The position numbers and the translations under genes were made by a program. A DNA stretch of 64,000 nt from Octopus sinensis. Lineage: Eukaryota. Within the stretch, counting starts at the first letter, position 1. The number at the start of each line of letters is the position of its first letter. The stretch covers positions 45,694,001-45,758,000 of the forward strand of contig NC_043010.1 of NCBI RefSeq assembly GCF_006345805.1. The letters are read 5' to 3'. Below, one piece after another: positions 26,096 through 39,289 of this stretch. The notes under the pieces are model-generated. The model worked only from the letters and a program-made list of their open reading frames with translations. It ran no database searches and was not told the DNA's origin.

Positions 26096-26339
26096 GACAT
26101 CCTATGAATCAAGTGAAACAGTGATATGGACTTTACATTCCTTATTGACATTGAAGACTTGTGAAATAAAAAAAAACGGGATCCCTTACTTGAAAAACAG
26201 GTAAGGCTTCACAAAAAGGGAGGGCATCTGGCCATAAATTGTTGCCTCAGGTATGTTCCCATCTATCTTTTTTTTTTTGCTATCTTTTTTTTTTGTCTCT
26301 CCAAAACATCCAAGATGCATCTAATATCAAAAATGTTGC

Positions 26340-26546
26340 ATCAATGGCACCCATGCTAGTGGCACATAAAAAGCACCCACTACACACTTGGAGTGATTGG
26401 CATTAGGAAGGGCATCCAGCTGTAGAAACCTTGCCAAATCAGACTGGAACTTGGTGCAGCTCCCCAGCTTACCAGTTTTCAGTCAAACCATCCAACTCAT
26501 GCCAGCATGGAAAACAAACATTAAATGACGATGATGATGATGATGT
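26340..26546 (+). mobile_element. RTE-type LINE 3' end
   Basis: AAAAAGCACCCACTACAC...CATGCCAGCATGGAAAAC...ATTAAATGACGATGATGAT. Confidence 0.8.
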
Positions 26547-26934
26547 AGTGGTATAATCTAAGTAAATTAGTTTCAAAAATGTATCGGTAATAATGAATGC
26601 AAGGTTACTTTTGATCTTTGATTAGATACAAGGTCAGTGTTTGCAGGAGATGGCAAATATCAGTTGTAGTGGCTGTAGTATAATAATGATACTTACTTTA
26701 TCAGCCCCAAATGAATAAGAGGTAAACAAGACTTTGTTGGGATTTAAAATTAGAAGTAAAATTCTTTATTTCTTTGGCTATCTTCATCATTCTCATTATT
26801 TAAAACAATATCTTTTATTGGAACAGGGTTATGAATTTGTTTGAGAGAAGTAGAGTTAATTGTATTGATTCCAGCACATGTCTGGTGAAGATAAAGATGA
26901 AAGCAACCCTAAAAAGATTTGAACTCAAAATATT

Positions 26935-27150
26935 AGTTTCCAGTTTTGGCACAATGCCAATATTTTCAGAGGATAGGTAACTCAATTGCATCAACTTCAG
27001 TGCTCTACTAGTACTTATTTTATCAACATTTTAAAGATGAAAGGCAAAGTCCACCTTGGCGGAATTTCAACTCAGAACATAAAGACAGACGAAATGCCAC
27101 TAAGTATTTTACCTGGTATGCTAATGATTCTGCTAACTCACTGCCTTATT
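26935..27150 (-). mobile_element. Family C SINE
   Basis: Reverse complement of the 11765 element (gatgaaaggcaaagtccacc...gacgaaatgcc...gctaatgattctgc). Confidence 0.75.
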
Positions 27151-28077
27151 GTAACTCAAAATATTGAGATGAATCTATGAATTGTAAGTTATTTAGTTTG
27201 GTGCTCTGTCATATGTCATCCTAGTCCTTTATCTTTTAAAAACAATAACGGTGGTTTCCTATTTACACATGAAACCCCTTTTTGATAGACAGCTGCTACA
27301 GTTGAAACCATTTCTCAAGGACATAACATTAAATAGAATATTTTTCTTCTTGACATTATACTTCTTACTCTATGCAGAGAACAAATAATTAAACCAAACA
27401 TTAAACATTTCAGTGTGAATAACTAGTCACCAGCAATATGCACGTTTGTGTGTATGTGTGTGCGAGAGCACATACCATTTTGTGCATATGCTTTTGCACA
27501 CAAGCACACAAAATAATCATGCTCAAATTATTCTTAACGAATTTACCAGTGAAAATTCTTTCATATAACTTTTCTTTCACTAATTGAATTCAAAATTCTT
27601 CATAGTATCAAATTAATTGATGATTTTATTTTTCTCTTAGGTTTCACAGGAAGCTACTACTTGTCATTTTGTATCGATACATTGCATGACATTTCTGTCA
27701 TTTCCACCCTATTGTAACAGGAAACCTTAAAAGTCTGCATGATTTACTTGAAATAAAAGTTATCCTATAAAATTGCACATTCATTCTGCACTACTCTCAC
27801 ATCTTTTCTTCTTCAATTCTGACATATTTTCCCCTCTTTATTACTATTACACACAATTTCTCTCTCTCTGTGTCTCTCTCTCTCTCTACTTTCTTCTCTC
27901 CCTTCCTCCTGTTCCTTCTTATCAGTATTATTATTATTGTTGCTGTTGTTGATTTTACTCAGGTTCATTCTTATTCCTGGTAGAATTTATGTAGGTAGTT
28001 GGTTACTACCTGTAACCTCAGGTACCCACAAGTTTTCAACAGTGTTTCAAATGCTTAGGGCCCTCCTGATAATCTTT

Positions 28078-28078
28078 A

Positions 28079-28116
<38 letters not shown>

Positions 28117-28117
28117 G
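28078..28117. repeat. (ATT)n microsatellite
   Basis: Direct reading. Confidence 0.95.
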
Positions 28118-28997
28118 TAAGATGGCCAACTCTTTTGGAAATTGAACCTAGAAAACAGAGTGAGAAAACTATATACTATAAAACTTTCAATCCAGCAGAC
28201 TACTACTGCATCCAATAACCCAATGCTACTAATATAAACTCTTTCACCTATTCAGGTATTTCCATTTTGATATAACTAATTAGGAAGTCCATTTCAAGGC
28301 ATGTTACACACCTTACAGGTTTCTTTCAACTGAACACATATCCAGTCTTTACTGGAGAGGTGTGTGTGTATAAAGTTGCTTGAATCACTTGCAATATATT
28401 ATTATTGATTTTATAAGCTATTTAGTGATAAAGAGCTTAGTTAGCTTTGATGACTTGGAAGTGTCAAATTAAATAGCATAAAATATCTTTTATGAAGTGG
28501 ATTTGCTTCAATCAGAAATTGAAACTGGTTCTCAGATTCAGATTGCCTAGAGTATTTCTTGTCCTTTACAATAGTGTTATCGATGTTCTTACCAATGGGT
28601 AGTGGATTTTACATCCAGTAGTACTTAGTACTTGATTTTCTGTTTTCATTTGCCTTCCATATATTTATTAAGTATAAGTTTGATGATTGATTATCAGTTG
28701 CTAGAAATTAATTCAAATTGGTGGAGGAGTACAAAATTTATTAGAGTATATCAGTTTATGTGTTACAAATTCAAATTAGTAACAGATACTTTTGTTTTAA
28801 TTCTGGGTCATAAGGGAAAATGTAATGGTCATTCCAGGAACAAGCATACCAGAAAAAAGTGATTAGAAATCTCCCTAGTGTATCTTTTCCAAAAATATTC
28901 AGCAAATATATAGTCTACGGTATCTTCTTGAATCATGGTTGACTTGTCATGTATATAACTGTGGGTAATGTTTGCATATACATTTGTTTAGTTATTA

Positions 28998-29270
28998 ATT
29001 CATCATCATTTTACATCTGCTTTCTATGCTGACATGGGTAGGGTGGCTGGAAAGAATTCAATGATTTGGATGACCATGTTTTTGCAACCACTTCACAGGG
29101 TGTACTGGGTGCTTTTTTTTTTTTAGCACTTGCACTATTGAGGTTACTCTGCCAATAGCGAGACTAAAGAGGCTTATCAAGTCCTGCTGCGCAGATTGGT
29201 TATCAAACACTTAGTGTACTGGGTACTTTTTGTAACACCTTCACTGTTGGGATTGCCTTGTAGTTTGCAA
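28998..29270 (-). mobile_element. Degenerate RTE 3' end
   Basis: catcatcattttacatctgctttctatgctgacatggg is the reverse complement of the RTE tail; internal duplicated gtgtactgggt unit. Confidence 0.55.
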
Positions 29271-29699
29271 TGTGAAGGAGAGCCCTACATGATGGAAAGG
29301 ATCATATTTCATATTAAGTGTGAGAGGATAGTTAGGAAGGAAATAATAGAGCAAATAGTTTTAGGATGAATGTTGTGGAGACAGAGTTGGAAGAGGAGAA
29401 TAATAACATCAGTGGTTATTAAGAAGGAAAGGGGTTAGGACAATATGATAATTGTAATGGGATGGGTCAAGTGGGTGATGGAGGAGTGAGGAGGAAAAGA
29501 GGAATGTCTGAGGTTAGTTTGAAAGAGAGGAGTAATTAATATTGTTGCATGACTATGTATGGAATTAACCAAAAAAGTACTCAATACAATGAAGCAGAGT
29601 AGAAGAATACTTATTCAAAGCTGTGTTTGAGTGAGCTGCTATTGAAGTTTTGCATTTACACTTAATTCAGATCCTTTACTTAAATGTTCTCAACCAATA

Positions 29700-30150
29700 T
29701 TTATCATCCTATGAGACTATTGCTGATGTTATTTTCAGATATTTATCTGTTAAGTAATTACTGCCACATTTTGATGAAGTCAGCACCAGGCTCACTGGTT
29801 AGATATTCAGTTACTGTTATATGCACAATCTGTTAAATTTTTCTAAATTTCCTCTGCGATTTTCTGTTTATTATAAAACTTTATTCCATAGCAGCTTATG
29901 GTTCTCCTTGACACACCATATATGTTCTGCAATTCCTGACAGTGATGTTTCTCCTCTCATCAGGGCTTTTTTGATGTTTTACTTTTCCAGTCTTTAGAGG
30001 GTATCTTGTTTCATGAGTATAGAACCTTTCATAACTGTATGGGATGTTATGTAATTCTTTGATTCATTTAATTAATGGGCGAGTTTGACTCTTGGGAGGA
30101 AACTGCAGAAGGCAGTATTACTAAAACTATTCTGATGTCATATTTTCCCA
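29700..30150 (-). mobile_element. Decayed Penelope GIY-YIG endonuclease remnant
   Basis: Minus translation KALMRGETSLSGIAEHIWCVKENHKLLWNKV resembles the PLE GIY-YIG C-terminal Sx(I/M)A(E/D)H...HxxxW motif; stops. Confidence 0.6.
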
Positions 30151-30344
30151 GATTTTTTATGTAATTTTCTCAGACAGTCTATTATTACTTGTTTTTTTTT
30201 TATACTTCATAGTTCTAGTGAGACTTACATTCATATAGAGTTCAGTGTAAACGTGTTCTGAGTTATGACAGCCACTTCTCTTTGTTTCAACAATATATCA
30301 AGGAAAACCGTTTTTAAAGTAAATACTTTACTTTAATAGTAATA

Positions 30345-31420
30345 ATGGCTTCAAATTTTGGTACAAAGCCAGCAATATCAGTGGTGGGGTAAGTCGATTA
30401 CATCAAACCCAGTATTTAGATGGTACTTATCTTATCCACTCTGAAAGGATGAAAGGCAAAGTGGACATAGACAGAATTTGAACTCAGAAGAAAGAAACAG
30501 ACGAAATATCACTAAGCATTTTGCCTAGCATGCTAACAATTCAGCCAGCTCACTGCCTTAACTTTGATAGTAATAATATCTTGTAACTTGAGTAGACCCC
30601 CATCCAACATTACATCCTCACCATCTTCTCTTCATACCGCCCCCCCCCACTCTCTCTCCAACTGAGATAGCCATGTTTCTTCTCTACTGCAAGATACTTG
30701 TTTCTGTCTTATTCATACTCTCATCACCTGGCACAAAGCCACCTCCCTCAATATTACTTGCCTCATGCAAGTTAGTTGGCCTCACAGCTGCAGGTTCCAT
30801 AGAAAAGCACTCGGTACACTCTGTGAAGTGGTTGGCATTAAGAAGAGCACCCAGCCATAGAAACCATGTCAAAACAAACAGTAGAGTTCAGTGCAGGAGT
30901 TCAAATTCCACCGATGTCAACTTTGCCTTTCATCCTTTTGGGGTTAATAAATGAAGTACCAGTTGAACACTGGGGTCAATGTAATCAACTCATCCCCTCC
31001 CTCAAAATGGCTGCCCTTGTGGCAAAATTTGAAGCTATTATTATTATTATCTTCATCATCATTATCATCATCTTCATCATCATCATCATCAATCTTTACA
31101 TTCGGAAGGCAAATTCCACCAAAGTCAACATTGCCTTTCATCCTTAAAATAAGTACTGGTACAATGAAATAAATACCAGTCAAGTGCTAAAGTTAAGGAA
31201 ATTTTCAGCCCTTGTGTTTATAGTAGAAAGAATTAGCAGAATGATTAGCATCCAAGAGAAATGCTTAGTCACTCATCTTTACAATTTGAGTTCAAATTCC
31301 ACTGACGTTGACTTTGCTTTTTTTCTTTCGGGTTTGATAAAATAAGTACTGGTTGAGTTCTGGGGTCGATTAGCCCGCTTCCCCACTAAAAATTTCAGGC
31401 ATTGTGCCTATAGTAGAAAG
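30345..31420. mobile_element. Cluster of family C SINE copies (30345-30560 minus; 30890-31040, 31105-31190, 31220-31420 plus) plus an RTE fragment at about 30790-30870
   Basis: Repeated aaattccac...gtcaactttgcctttcatcc...aagtactgg...ggggtc motifs. Confidence 0.72.
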
Positions 31421-31939
31421 GGTTATCGTCATGTTGAAGAAAATAAACATCATAAAGGAATTTAGTTTCTACTTGGAAATGAAAACAGGCTTCAGGGGTC
31501 TGGTTCACTGGAACTTTTCTCTACAGCAATAATGATATTGTTGATTATAAGAATAATGACAAGGACATTTTGCTATTGCACATGTGCTTTATTTTGGTGA
31601 GGAGAGGAAAAGGCATAATTGGGAGAACAGAACCAGCAGTATGTTGCTGGTACTTGGTTCATCTGTGCAAAAAAGCTGAAAGCTGAAGTAAACTTCATTA
31701 ATTATAATTTAAACCACCGACTGTAAGTTATGAAATGTGGGTAGTCATTTCAGTAACCATTTCTAGAATATCTTTTGAAATCATTTAATTATTAGGGTGC
31801 TTAATTTGGATTTTATTTAAACTAGATACGATATGACACACACTCTCTCTCTCTCTCTTGTACTTATGTATAGATATGTACTTATACGTAATGCGTAATA
31901 AATACAGTTGCACTTATGCATAAGGAGTAATAAATATAT

Positions 31940-32440
31940 TTTTCAAATATATCGCTGAGACCTTTGCCAATATGCCGTGCTTGACAAGACCTACAAAGCC
32001 AAGTGAAATCATAGTCAAGGCCAGTGTCATGTAACTGGCACCTGTACCAGCAACACATAAAAAGCAGCCTTTGAATATTAGGCCTCACAGAGACAATGTG
32101 ACCGAGATATTTGATGATATACCATACTTGAGAAGACCTGTCAAGCTAAGTGAAATCGTAGTTGTGACCGATGCCAGTGGCATGTAAAAAGCACCCATTA
32201 CACTCTTGGAGTGGTTGGCATTAGGCCAAAGTTTAACTTAATTCTTAAATTAAATGTTTTTATATTAAGGACTCAGAAGCACAATATTTATGAAATGTAT
32301 AATGGTTTGTAAATCCAATTGAATATAAATGTGTTGTACCACTAGGAAACTGGTGTAGCCCTATAGCTTACCAGTTTCAGTCAAATTGTCTAACCCATGC
32401 CAGCATGAGAAGCAGATGCTAGATGATGATGATGATGATG
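31940..32440 (+). mobile_element. RTE-type 3' UTR with tandem subrepeats, interrupted at 32224-32349
   Basis: Duplicated acttgagaagacctgtcaagc...gtgaaatc...gccagtg unit and a (GAT)n tail. Confidence 0.72.
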
Positions 32441-33580
32441 AGTGGAAAATAGGCTCATTAAAATGTGAAAATGCATTACTCATACATAGAGATATTGCAA
32501 GCAGATATTGCAGGATTTCGATTAATCATTATTTGTATGATCAGTATGAAAATTTGTATATTGAATTACATTTAATAGTTTTAAATAAACCGGGGGGCAA
32601 AATTTTCAATATTTCAGAAACAAATTTTTTCCTCACTTCTACACAAAATGTTATCTAATGTTTGTTAACTGCCATAGCAACTGAGAAAACATTTGAACAA
32701 CTATACACTTTCTTATGCTCTTTACTGAATGATTTCATATTTTTGTATGGATTGCATGATTTGCCAATTTCAGATATTTATTATATATACTTTTATATAC
32801 TTTTGCTGAAATTCTAATGCCTTTATCTTACAATACTATCATCTTGTTAGTGTTGTGGATTTTTTTTTTTTTTTTTTGTCAATTTGACTGATGTAACTCC
32901 ATGTATCTTGTTAACAACTGATTTTTTATCATGATATTTGTGCTAGAATTTCAGCCTCTTTTCTGAGGTCAGCATAAAGCCATTCACTTTCAGCTGTACT
33001 GTCTATAAAATTTGGATAGGGGCCAGTTGCAAGCTATCAGTCTTGTTTTATTCCTTCTTCTTCTCTAATAAGCACACTTTATTGAATCTATAACAAAGAC
33101 TAATTGAAAATTAAAAAAGAAAGAGGAAAAAAATTCTGGACATCTCTTCTCTGGCCAATATCCATACATTTCAACACTTGAGTATACAAACTGCCAGAAG
33201 TCACAGCCACAAGCCTTTTATCCTCTATTTCTAACTTTAACTTATCTCTGCTGTCCAGTTTACACTATATTCCACCTTACTTCCTAAATGAGAGTATTTG
33301 TACTTGTTTAGAATATACTTACCCTTCATTTCTACATGTGTATCTGCAGCTTCTGTTGCTCTCCAGACCACTTCAACCACCAGCAAGTGTTAGATATATA
33401 ATCAATGCAGGACTAGAAGGAGTCAATTCAAGCTCTGTCTGAAACCATCATCTTCAGTGGTTTTGATACTTGAGACTCCTCTTTGCTTTTTCACATCTTC
33501 TACATTATTAGTACAGAAACCTAATCATTTATGTTCTGAAATTTTTTGCACCAGTTAGTCACCCTCCTATTACATGTAGG

Positions 33581-33784
33581 TAATATTTATCCCCATTTAA
33601 ACATGGATATTCTGTTAGAACAAACTATACTGTGGTAGATACCATTAGAGAAACTCTCATATTGGCTTTTGGTGCCAAGAGGGCATTTTGCACCAAAAGC
33701 CAATATGTGAGTTTCTCTCATGGTATCTGCCATGGTATAGTTTTTTCTAATAGAACATCCACATTTAAGTGGGGATAAATATTA
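33581..33784. repeat. 204-bp imperfect palindrome (foldback/MITE-like)
   Basis: 95-bp arms with 11 mismatches by hand alignment and a 14-nt loop. Confidence 0.92.
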
Positions 33785-34149
33785 TTTCTCAGTATTATTA
33801 CTGCCTCTGTCACTAATATATATTTCCTACTACCTGTATCCATGATTGTTACCCCAACTTTCTAAACCATGTATGATCTTTTCCTCATTCCTAAACCAAA
33901 TTTTTGTCAGCCATCACACTCTTTTTTCTCATCAGATTGTTTGACTACTTCCTTCACTCCTTAATCTTTCAGACACACTGCCATCACTCCTACACAAACT
34001 AGACACCTTATATCAGACATGCCTTCCTTCAATGAACAGAAGCTTTGAAAACATCCCCCACTGAGACATGAAAACCTAGTTTCCTTTGACAGCACCAACA
34101 CAATCTGTATACACACACAAAAAAAAAAAAAAATTACGCTACACCATCC

Positions 34150-34369
34150 CTATTCATGAAAACAAACATTGAAAACTCTTATAATTTCTATAAATATTTA
34201 GCTTACAATTACTGATTGGTGCTTGAGCATGTGTAACAGTATGGAAACAGCATCTCAAAGAGCAGACTTCCTCTACAGGGTCAGAAAATACCTCAATTTG
34301 ACCCTTTACAAACCATAAGTGTGACCCATATTAGAGAACTGTCCACTTATCTGGAATAGTGCTGCTTCC

Positions 34370-34370
<1 letters not shown>
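34150..34370 (+). mobile_element. CR1/L2-like LINE RT C-terminal remnant
   Basis: Translation ASQRADFLYRVRKYLNLTLYKP*V*PILENCPLIWNSA resembles the LYKAQVRPxLEYCSxIW motif. Confidence 0.55.

Positions 34371-34372
<2 letters not shown>

Positions 34373-34416
<44 letters not shown>
34373..34416. repeat. (CA)n microsatellite
   Basis: Direct reading. Confidence 0.97.
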
Positions 34417-34419
<3 letters not shown>

Positions 34420-34699
34420 ATACCCTTAACTCGTATTTCTCAACATTTTTTTGTCTCACACCCAACTTCAATTTTCCAAAATGATATGCATCATACCTTG
34501 AACAGACAAAGTTTATAGTATATATATATTCAAAAAAAGTTTCAATTACAACTTTATTGCAAGTTTTATTTATCTGTTAACTCATTTTGAAGTAATCCAT
34601 ACCTCACCAAAATATGGTCATCTCTGCATCCCCCCACACACACACACCATTGGTGGGCGCAAGCACTGGCTATTTGGTTGATTGTCAAAGTTTCATGTC

Positions 34700-35330
34700 T
34701 ATTTCTGGATCATTATGGACGTCTTCCATGTCGACAATTTTACATTTCATTGCATCTGGCATTATAATGTATCATGCATTGATTTAAAACAAATTTCAAG
34801 AAGGTGATGTTCTCTAGGTCTATATATGCTAATCAGTAGTTTGATAACATATATATGAGATAAATTAGAATACCTTAGAGCATTATCTTCCACAAAATCA
34901 CTAGATATTTGTTACTGGTGTAATCTTCATATGATTTCCTCCTTTTTCACAAAATTAATAACATTTTGTTGGTGATTTTATAGAAAAATTTTTAATCATT
35001 TGCTTGCAGGTCTAAGATTTACCTCCATAGAGTTGAACTGTAAACTTATTTGACTGATTAACATGAAATGTTTGAAGATAGAATAAATTTTAGCATCCAG
35101 GAGAAAACAGGTCTAATGTTTGTTGCATTGAAAAATTTTGCCCGACATGTTAAACATTTCTTTTATCTCATGGCACAATAATTTACTCCATGAGGTAAAC
35201 TTTTTTCTACTGACTATTAGATGGTATAAGCCACTCATAATTTTGTCAGTTACCACTGATTCCCTTTGATCAATATTTTATTAAGAAACTCATCTAAAGT
35301 TGTTGTTATTAAACAAGTAACGTTAGTCAT
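34700..35330 (-). mobile_element. Highly decayed mariner-like transposase remnant
   Basis: Patchy similarity on the minus strand (FLNKIL...; ...CFLLDAKIYSIFKHF resembling VFWDxxG); many stops. Confidence 0.35.
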
Positions 35331-35344
35331 TTGTTTTTTCTTTC

Positions 35345-35642
35345 CATGGCTTGTTGGTTAGGGTATTTGACTCACAAGTATAAGATCATGAGTTCAATTC
35401 CCTGTGGCATGTTGTGTCTTTGAGCAAGACATTGTATTTCACATTGCTCCAGTCCACTCAGCTGGCTAATGTGAGTAGTACCTTCATTTTAAAGGGCCAG
35501 CATTGTCACCTTCTGTGACACACTGAATCTGCTTGAGAACTACATTAAGAGTATGCATATCTGTGGTGTGTTCAGCCACTTGCACATTCGTTTCACAAGC
35601 AGGCTGTTCTGGTTATCAGATCAACCAGAACCCTCGTCATAA
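35345..35642 (+). mobile_element. tRNA-derived SINE, family B
   Basis: Head, CTTTGAGCAAGACA core and 3' body ...cacaagcaggctgttctggttatcagatcaaccagaaccctcgtc shared with 43495 and 58889. Confidence 0.82.
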
Positions 35643-36599
35643 CCAGTTATAATTGACATATTTGTGATGAACAAAAACAAGTTTTACCTATCGTACAAGT
35701 GTTTACAATATAACTTACATTGTTTTAAATAGCAGTCTGAGGTGGTGTTTAAAATTATGGCATTTTGTCTTATGATTCTTACTCTAGGTTTCTTCTGTTT
35801 TGATATTTTCACTCCTAAAATATCTCCTTGTGTTAAGTACACTTTTTACTTACAGGCATTTTCTCTCTACACTCTTTGGCAATTAATAGCTTACATAAGT
35901 CTGAATCACAAATCTCAATCATGAACTTGTGCAGCTGCTAAAATTATTAAGCTTGCCTGAATTAAGTTGTTTTGAAACACTATCTAGTGGTATCTTAACT
36001 TCAGAATATTTGTATGTATGTGAATAATCTTAAGCCTAGATAAATTTGCATGATTTTCTTGAACATGTTTTCAGAATAACTTTTTGTAATATTATAATTT
36101 CTATATGATAGAACTTTGTCTGAGCCATAAGTAAATTGAAAAGATTTTATTTACAATTTTTCCTTCTTAAGCTTATATTTTTTATAAGTTGAAAGATTTT
36201 TTAAATTTAACTTTTTGTGTGGTATTTCTAACAGTGATGCTGGATGCTTTCTTCTAATTATTAATTAATGGAATTGAAACACCAGCTTTGGATCATATAG
36301 TCTGAGGCAAATATGTGCTTTTCTTAGTGGTACAACACATTTATATTTAATTGGATTTACAAACCATTATACATTTCATAAATATCATGCTTCTATGTCC
36401 TTAGTATAAAAACATTTGATTTAAGAATTAAGTTATATTTTGGCTTATACAACAAAGATTTTTGTTACACATTTTACTAAAAAATTTTTCTAGAATTTTG
36501 AAAAACACATTTAGTTTTCCTTGGTTTTCCTCTTTAGTTCTTTGATTGCTAGGCACTTCTTTATCCAGCTGTCATCCTTCATAACATATTACATGTCCA

Positions 36600-37450
36600 T
36601 ACCAATCCTGTCTTATCTTATGCAGTACAATGTGAAGTTATGTCCATTTCAAAACTTCTTATTCTGCTCATCAATGAAGAACTGTTTATGACAATCAATT
36701 TCAATGAGTGTTTTTCATGATACATAACTGGAATTTCATTAAGCTTTTCCACTGAAACTGGTTTATGCCCATCAATAGGAAGCTGAATTTTGAGAAATTT
36801 CAATTCAAACTTACCTATTTGTGTGCATTTACTGGGTCAGTTTTGTTTGTTTTTTTTTATCATTTTTGTTACTTTTCTGAAATTGTTTTCACTTATTTTG
36901 CTTATTTTACAATCTCTCTACAAGTGACCTTTTCAATGGCAAAAATGCTTCTATATGTATATCTGAATAATTCTCACTTGTATGATTTGTGGTCTTATGT
37001 CTGTTCCACACCTACTTTTGATTCAATATTCAATATTTATTCTTTTTCTATATAAACTCAGTACCTGGATTTTCAGCCCCAGGTTTTCCTTCCATAAGCA
37101 ATCTGTCTCTAATCAAATAATCTGTATCTCTCAAAGCCACAGTCAACCAATTCCTCTTTTAATTCTGCTAAAAGATCAGCAATTCTTCCATTATTTTGAT
37201 AATAACAGTAAAAATATCATATCTCAACATCACAAGTTTTCTCTGCCCCTCAAAGTGTGTCATCAATTTTTCTCTAACTTCAAAACATATTTTGAATTAT
37301 CATTTGGCATCATCAAAGCATTAGCCAATTTAAACATTTTATCACCAGTTCCACTGCTAAAATAATTTTATTTTATTTCTTCTTTGGTAATTTTGTTCAG
37401 ATCAAACTAAGTCTCCATTCTAATCAAAAAATCTTTCCATCAATCCTCTC
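36600..37450 (-). mobile_element. Decayed Ty3/Gypsy gag-protease remnant
   Basis: Minus translations ...IADLLAELKEELVDCGFE...DYLIRDRLL (gag xxDCxF...LIRDR motif) and DGHKPVSVEKLNEIPVMYHEKHSLKLIVINSSSLMSR (protease C-terminus-like). Confidence 0.5.
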
Positions 37451-38029
37451 CATGGTAAAATGTTGGAAACTTTTCTTTTCCATAAAATTATATGAACTTA
37501 ATTGTCCAGATATTCCTTCAGTCATTGTAATATAATTTAGTAAATTTTCAATGACTTAAAAAAAAAAAAAGACTTCTTCGCAAAATCCAAAATTCTAAAA
37601 TTTTTCGTTGCCAATTTTATTTTTTAAATCTTTGTCATCAGCTTTTTGTCACCAATATTCTTTTAATTCTTTGAAGCTACTGTTTTTTTGTTTTTTTTTA
37701 ATTTTTGTGGCCACTTAGCCAATCTCATCTTCATCACCAGTTTCCATCACTTCTTTTACTTTTTTTATTGTTTTGGTCACTAACATGGAATCTAACATGT
37801 ATGAATAAAACAAAAGTAAATTTTATTGTGACTGCCTGAAAGATCCAATATAATAATGAGCATTTCAAATAGAGGCAACCTTTACAAAAACATCACTTTA
37901 CATATACATACATACATATATACACATGTGGGGGACTGAGAATACACACAATAAAAATAACCCTTTTTGCAAATGGACTTTCCCAATGCATGTTACATTT
38001 CACATTAAAACATAGCAGTCTTACTTCTA

Positions 38030-38400
38030 ACTACTCCTGTGCATCTATTACGAATGTAATACTTCTTGGTTAGCACCCATTGTTGACAGTGGGCACTCTT
38101 TGGAATTCCTATTTGTTCCTTTCCTTCTAATCAAGAATGACCACTTCTAACATGGTTGTATAGTCTTCTTATCTCCTGCTAAGTAAAACTTTGGTTTTTG
38201 CTAGGTTTACTCGAAGACTTCTTCATTCCAACACTCTGCTTCCACATTTGGAATTTCTTCTCAAACTCTTTTACAGATACACTTATGAGATTTTGGTGAT
38301 TGACGTACAGTTCTCATAGCTAGCCAATTTTAAGCCTGGACAACTTGAATAAACAGGTGGACTGCAAACTGACCTCTGATGAACACCTACTGACATCAAG
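38030..38400 (-). mobile_element. RTE LINE reverse transcriptase remnant
   Basis: VGVHQRSVCSP resembles GVHQGSVLSP; FQMWKQ...RVNLAKTKVLLSR resembles WKxxLExKGLRVNxxKTKV. Confidence 0.72.
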
Positions 38401-38454
38401 ACAAGGAAATTTAAATATACATAAATCATGCATGCATACATACATACATATAAA

Positions 38455-38560
38455 TGCACACACACATACACAATGGTCTTCTTTCAGTTTCCCTCAACCA
38501 AATCTACTCACAAGTTTTTGGTCATTCTTGGGCTATAGTAGAAGACATTTGGTCAAGTGT
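38455..38560 (-). mobile_element. Family A SINE fragment
   Basis: tctttcagtttccctcaaccaaatctactcacaag...ctatagtagaagacatttgg. Confidence 0.7.
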
Positions 38561-39289
38561 GTGTGCATATTTATTTATATATAAGCCCTTGGATATGCAA
38601 TTAAAAGAAGAGTAATCAATACATACATACATACATACATATATGCACTCACAATACCTGGGGGAGTAATTTAAACCAGAAAACAACTCACAAAAATTGT
38701 ACTCACTTTTTATTCATTTCTTAATAAAACTACCTACTATTACGTATCAAAACATTTCAGCTCACATATATTACTTAGTCGTTAATATAATTCCTTTGCT
38801 TCCACATGCAATTAGTGTGTGTGTGTGAGAAAGAGAGAGTGAGTTCTTAAATTACTAAAATTACATTTTTGTAATGTAATTTTCTTCCGTTTTAACATGC
38901 AATCAAATCACTTATGAAACAAATACAACTCCAGAATATAAAGATACACTTATACATGCATGCACATAAAACTCAAATATATACATGTACATAGTTTTTT
39001 AAATATTATTTAAAAATTCATTTCACGCATATAAGCTGTATTGTTTTCTTTTTCTGCATTTGTTTTGTATTCTTCATCAAATTACACATCCTCCACTACG
39101 GTCTTAGAAAATATCATGTTGAGTAAAGTAGTCCCATGTTCCAGGCTCATAACAAAAGTCAAGAAGCTCTTGGTTGTAATGCCTTTGAACATGAGTCTTT
39201 TCAATTCATATTGATCTGGGGTTAAACAATATGAATGGTTAACTTGCTAGAAATAGCTGTCAAATTTCTATTAATATTACTTTTGTGGC

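Noticed and set aside
29925-29965. Minus-strand CTGATGA...GAAAC...GTC hammerhead-like string
   Set aside because: Stem II (gagga) cannot pair and stem I is mismatched; it lies in frame within the GIY-YIG remnant (LMRGETSLS), so it is coincidental.
32224-36444. A 4.2-kb DNA transposon bounded by the inverted 125-bp copies
   Set aside because: The left copy is flanked on both sides by one continuous RTE 3' UTR, which a true outer TIR would not be; no TSD.
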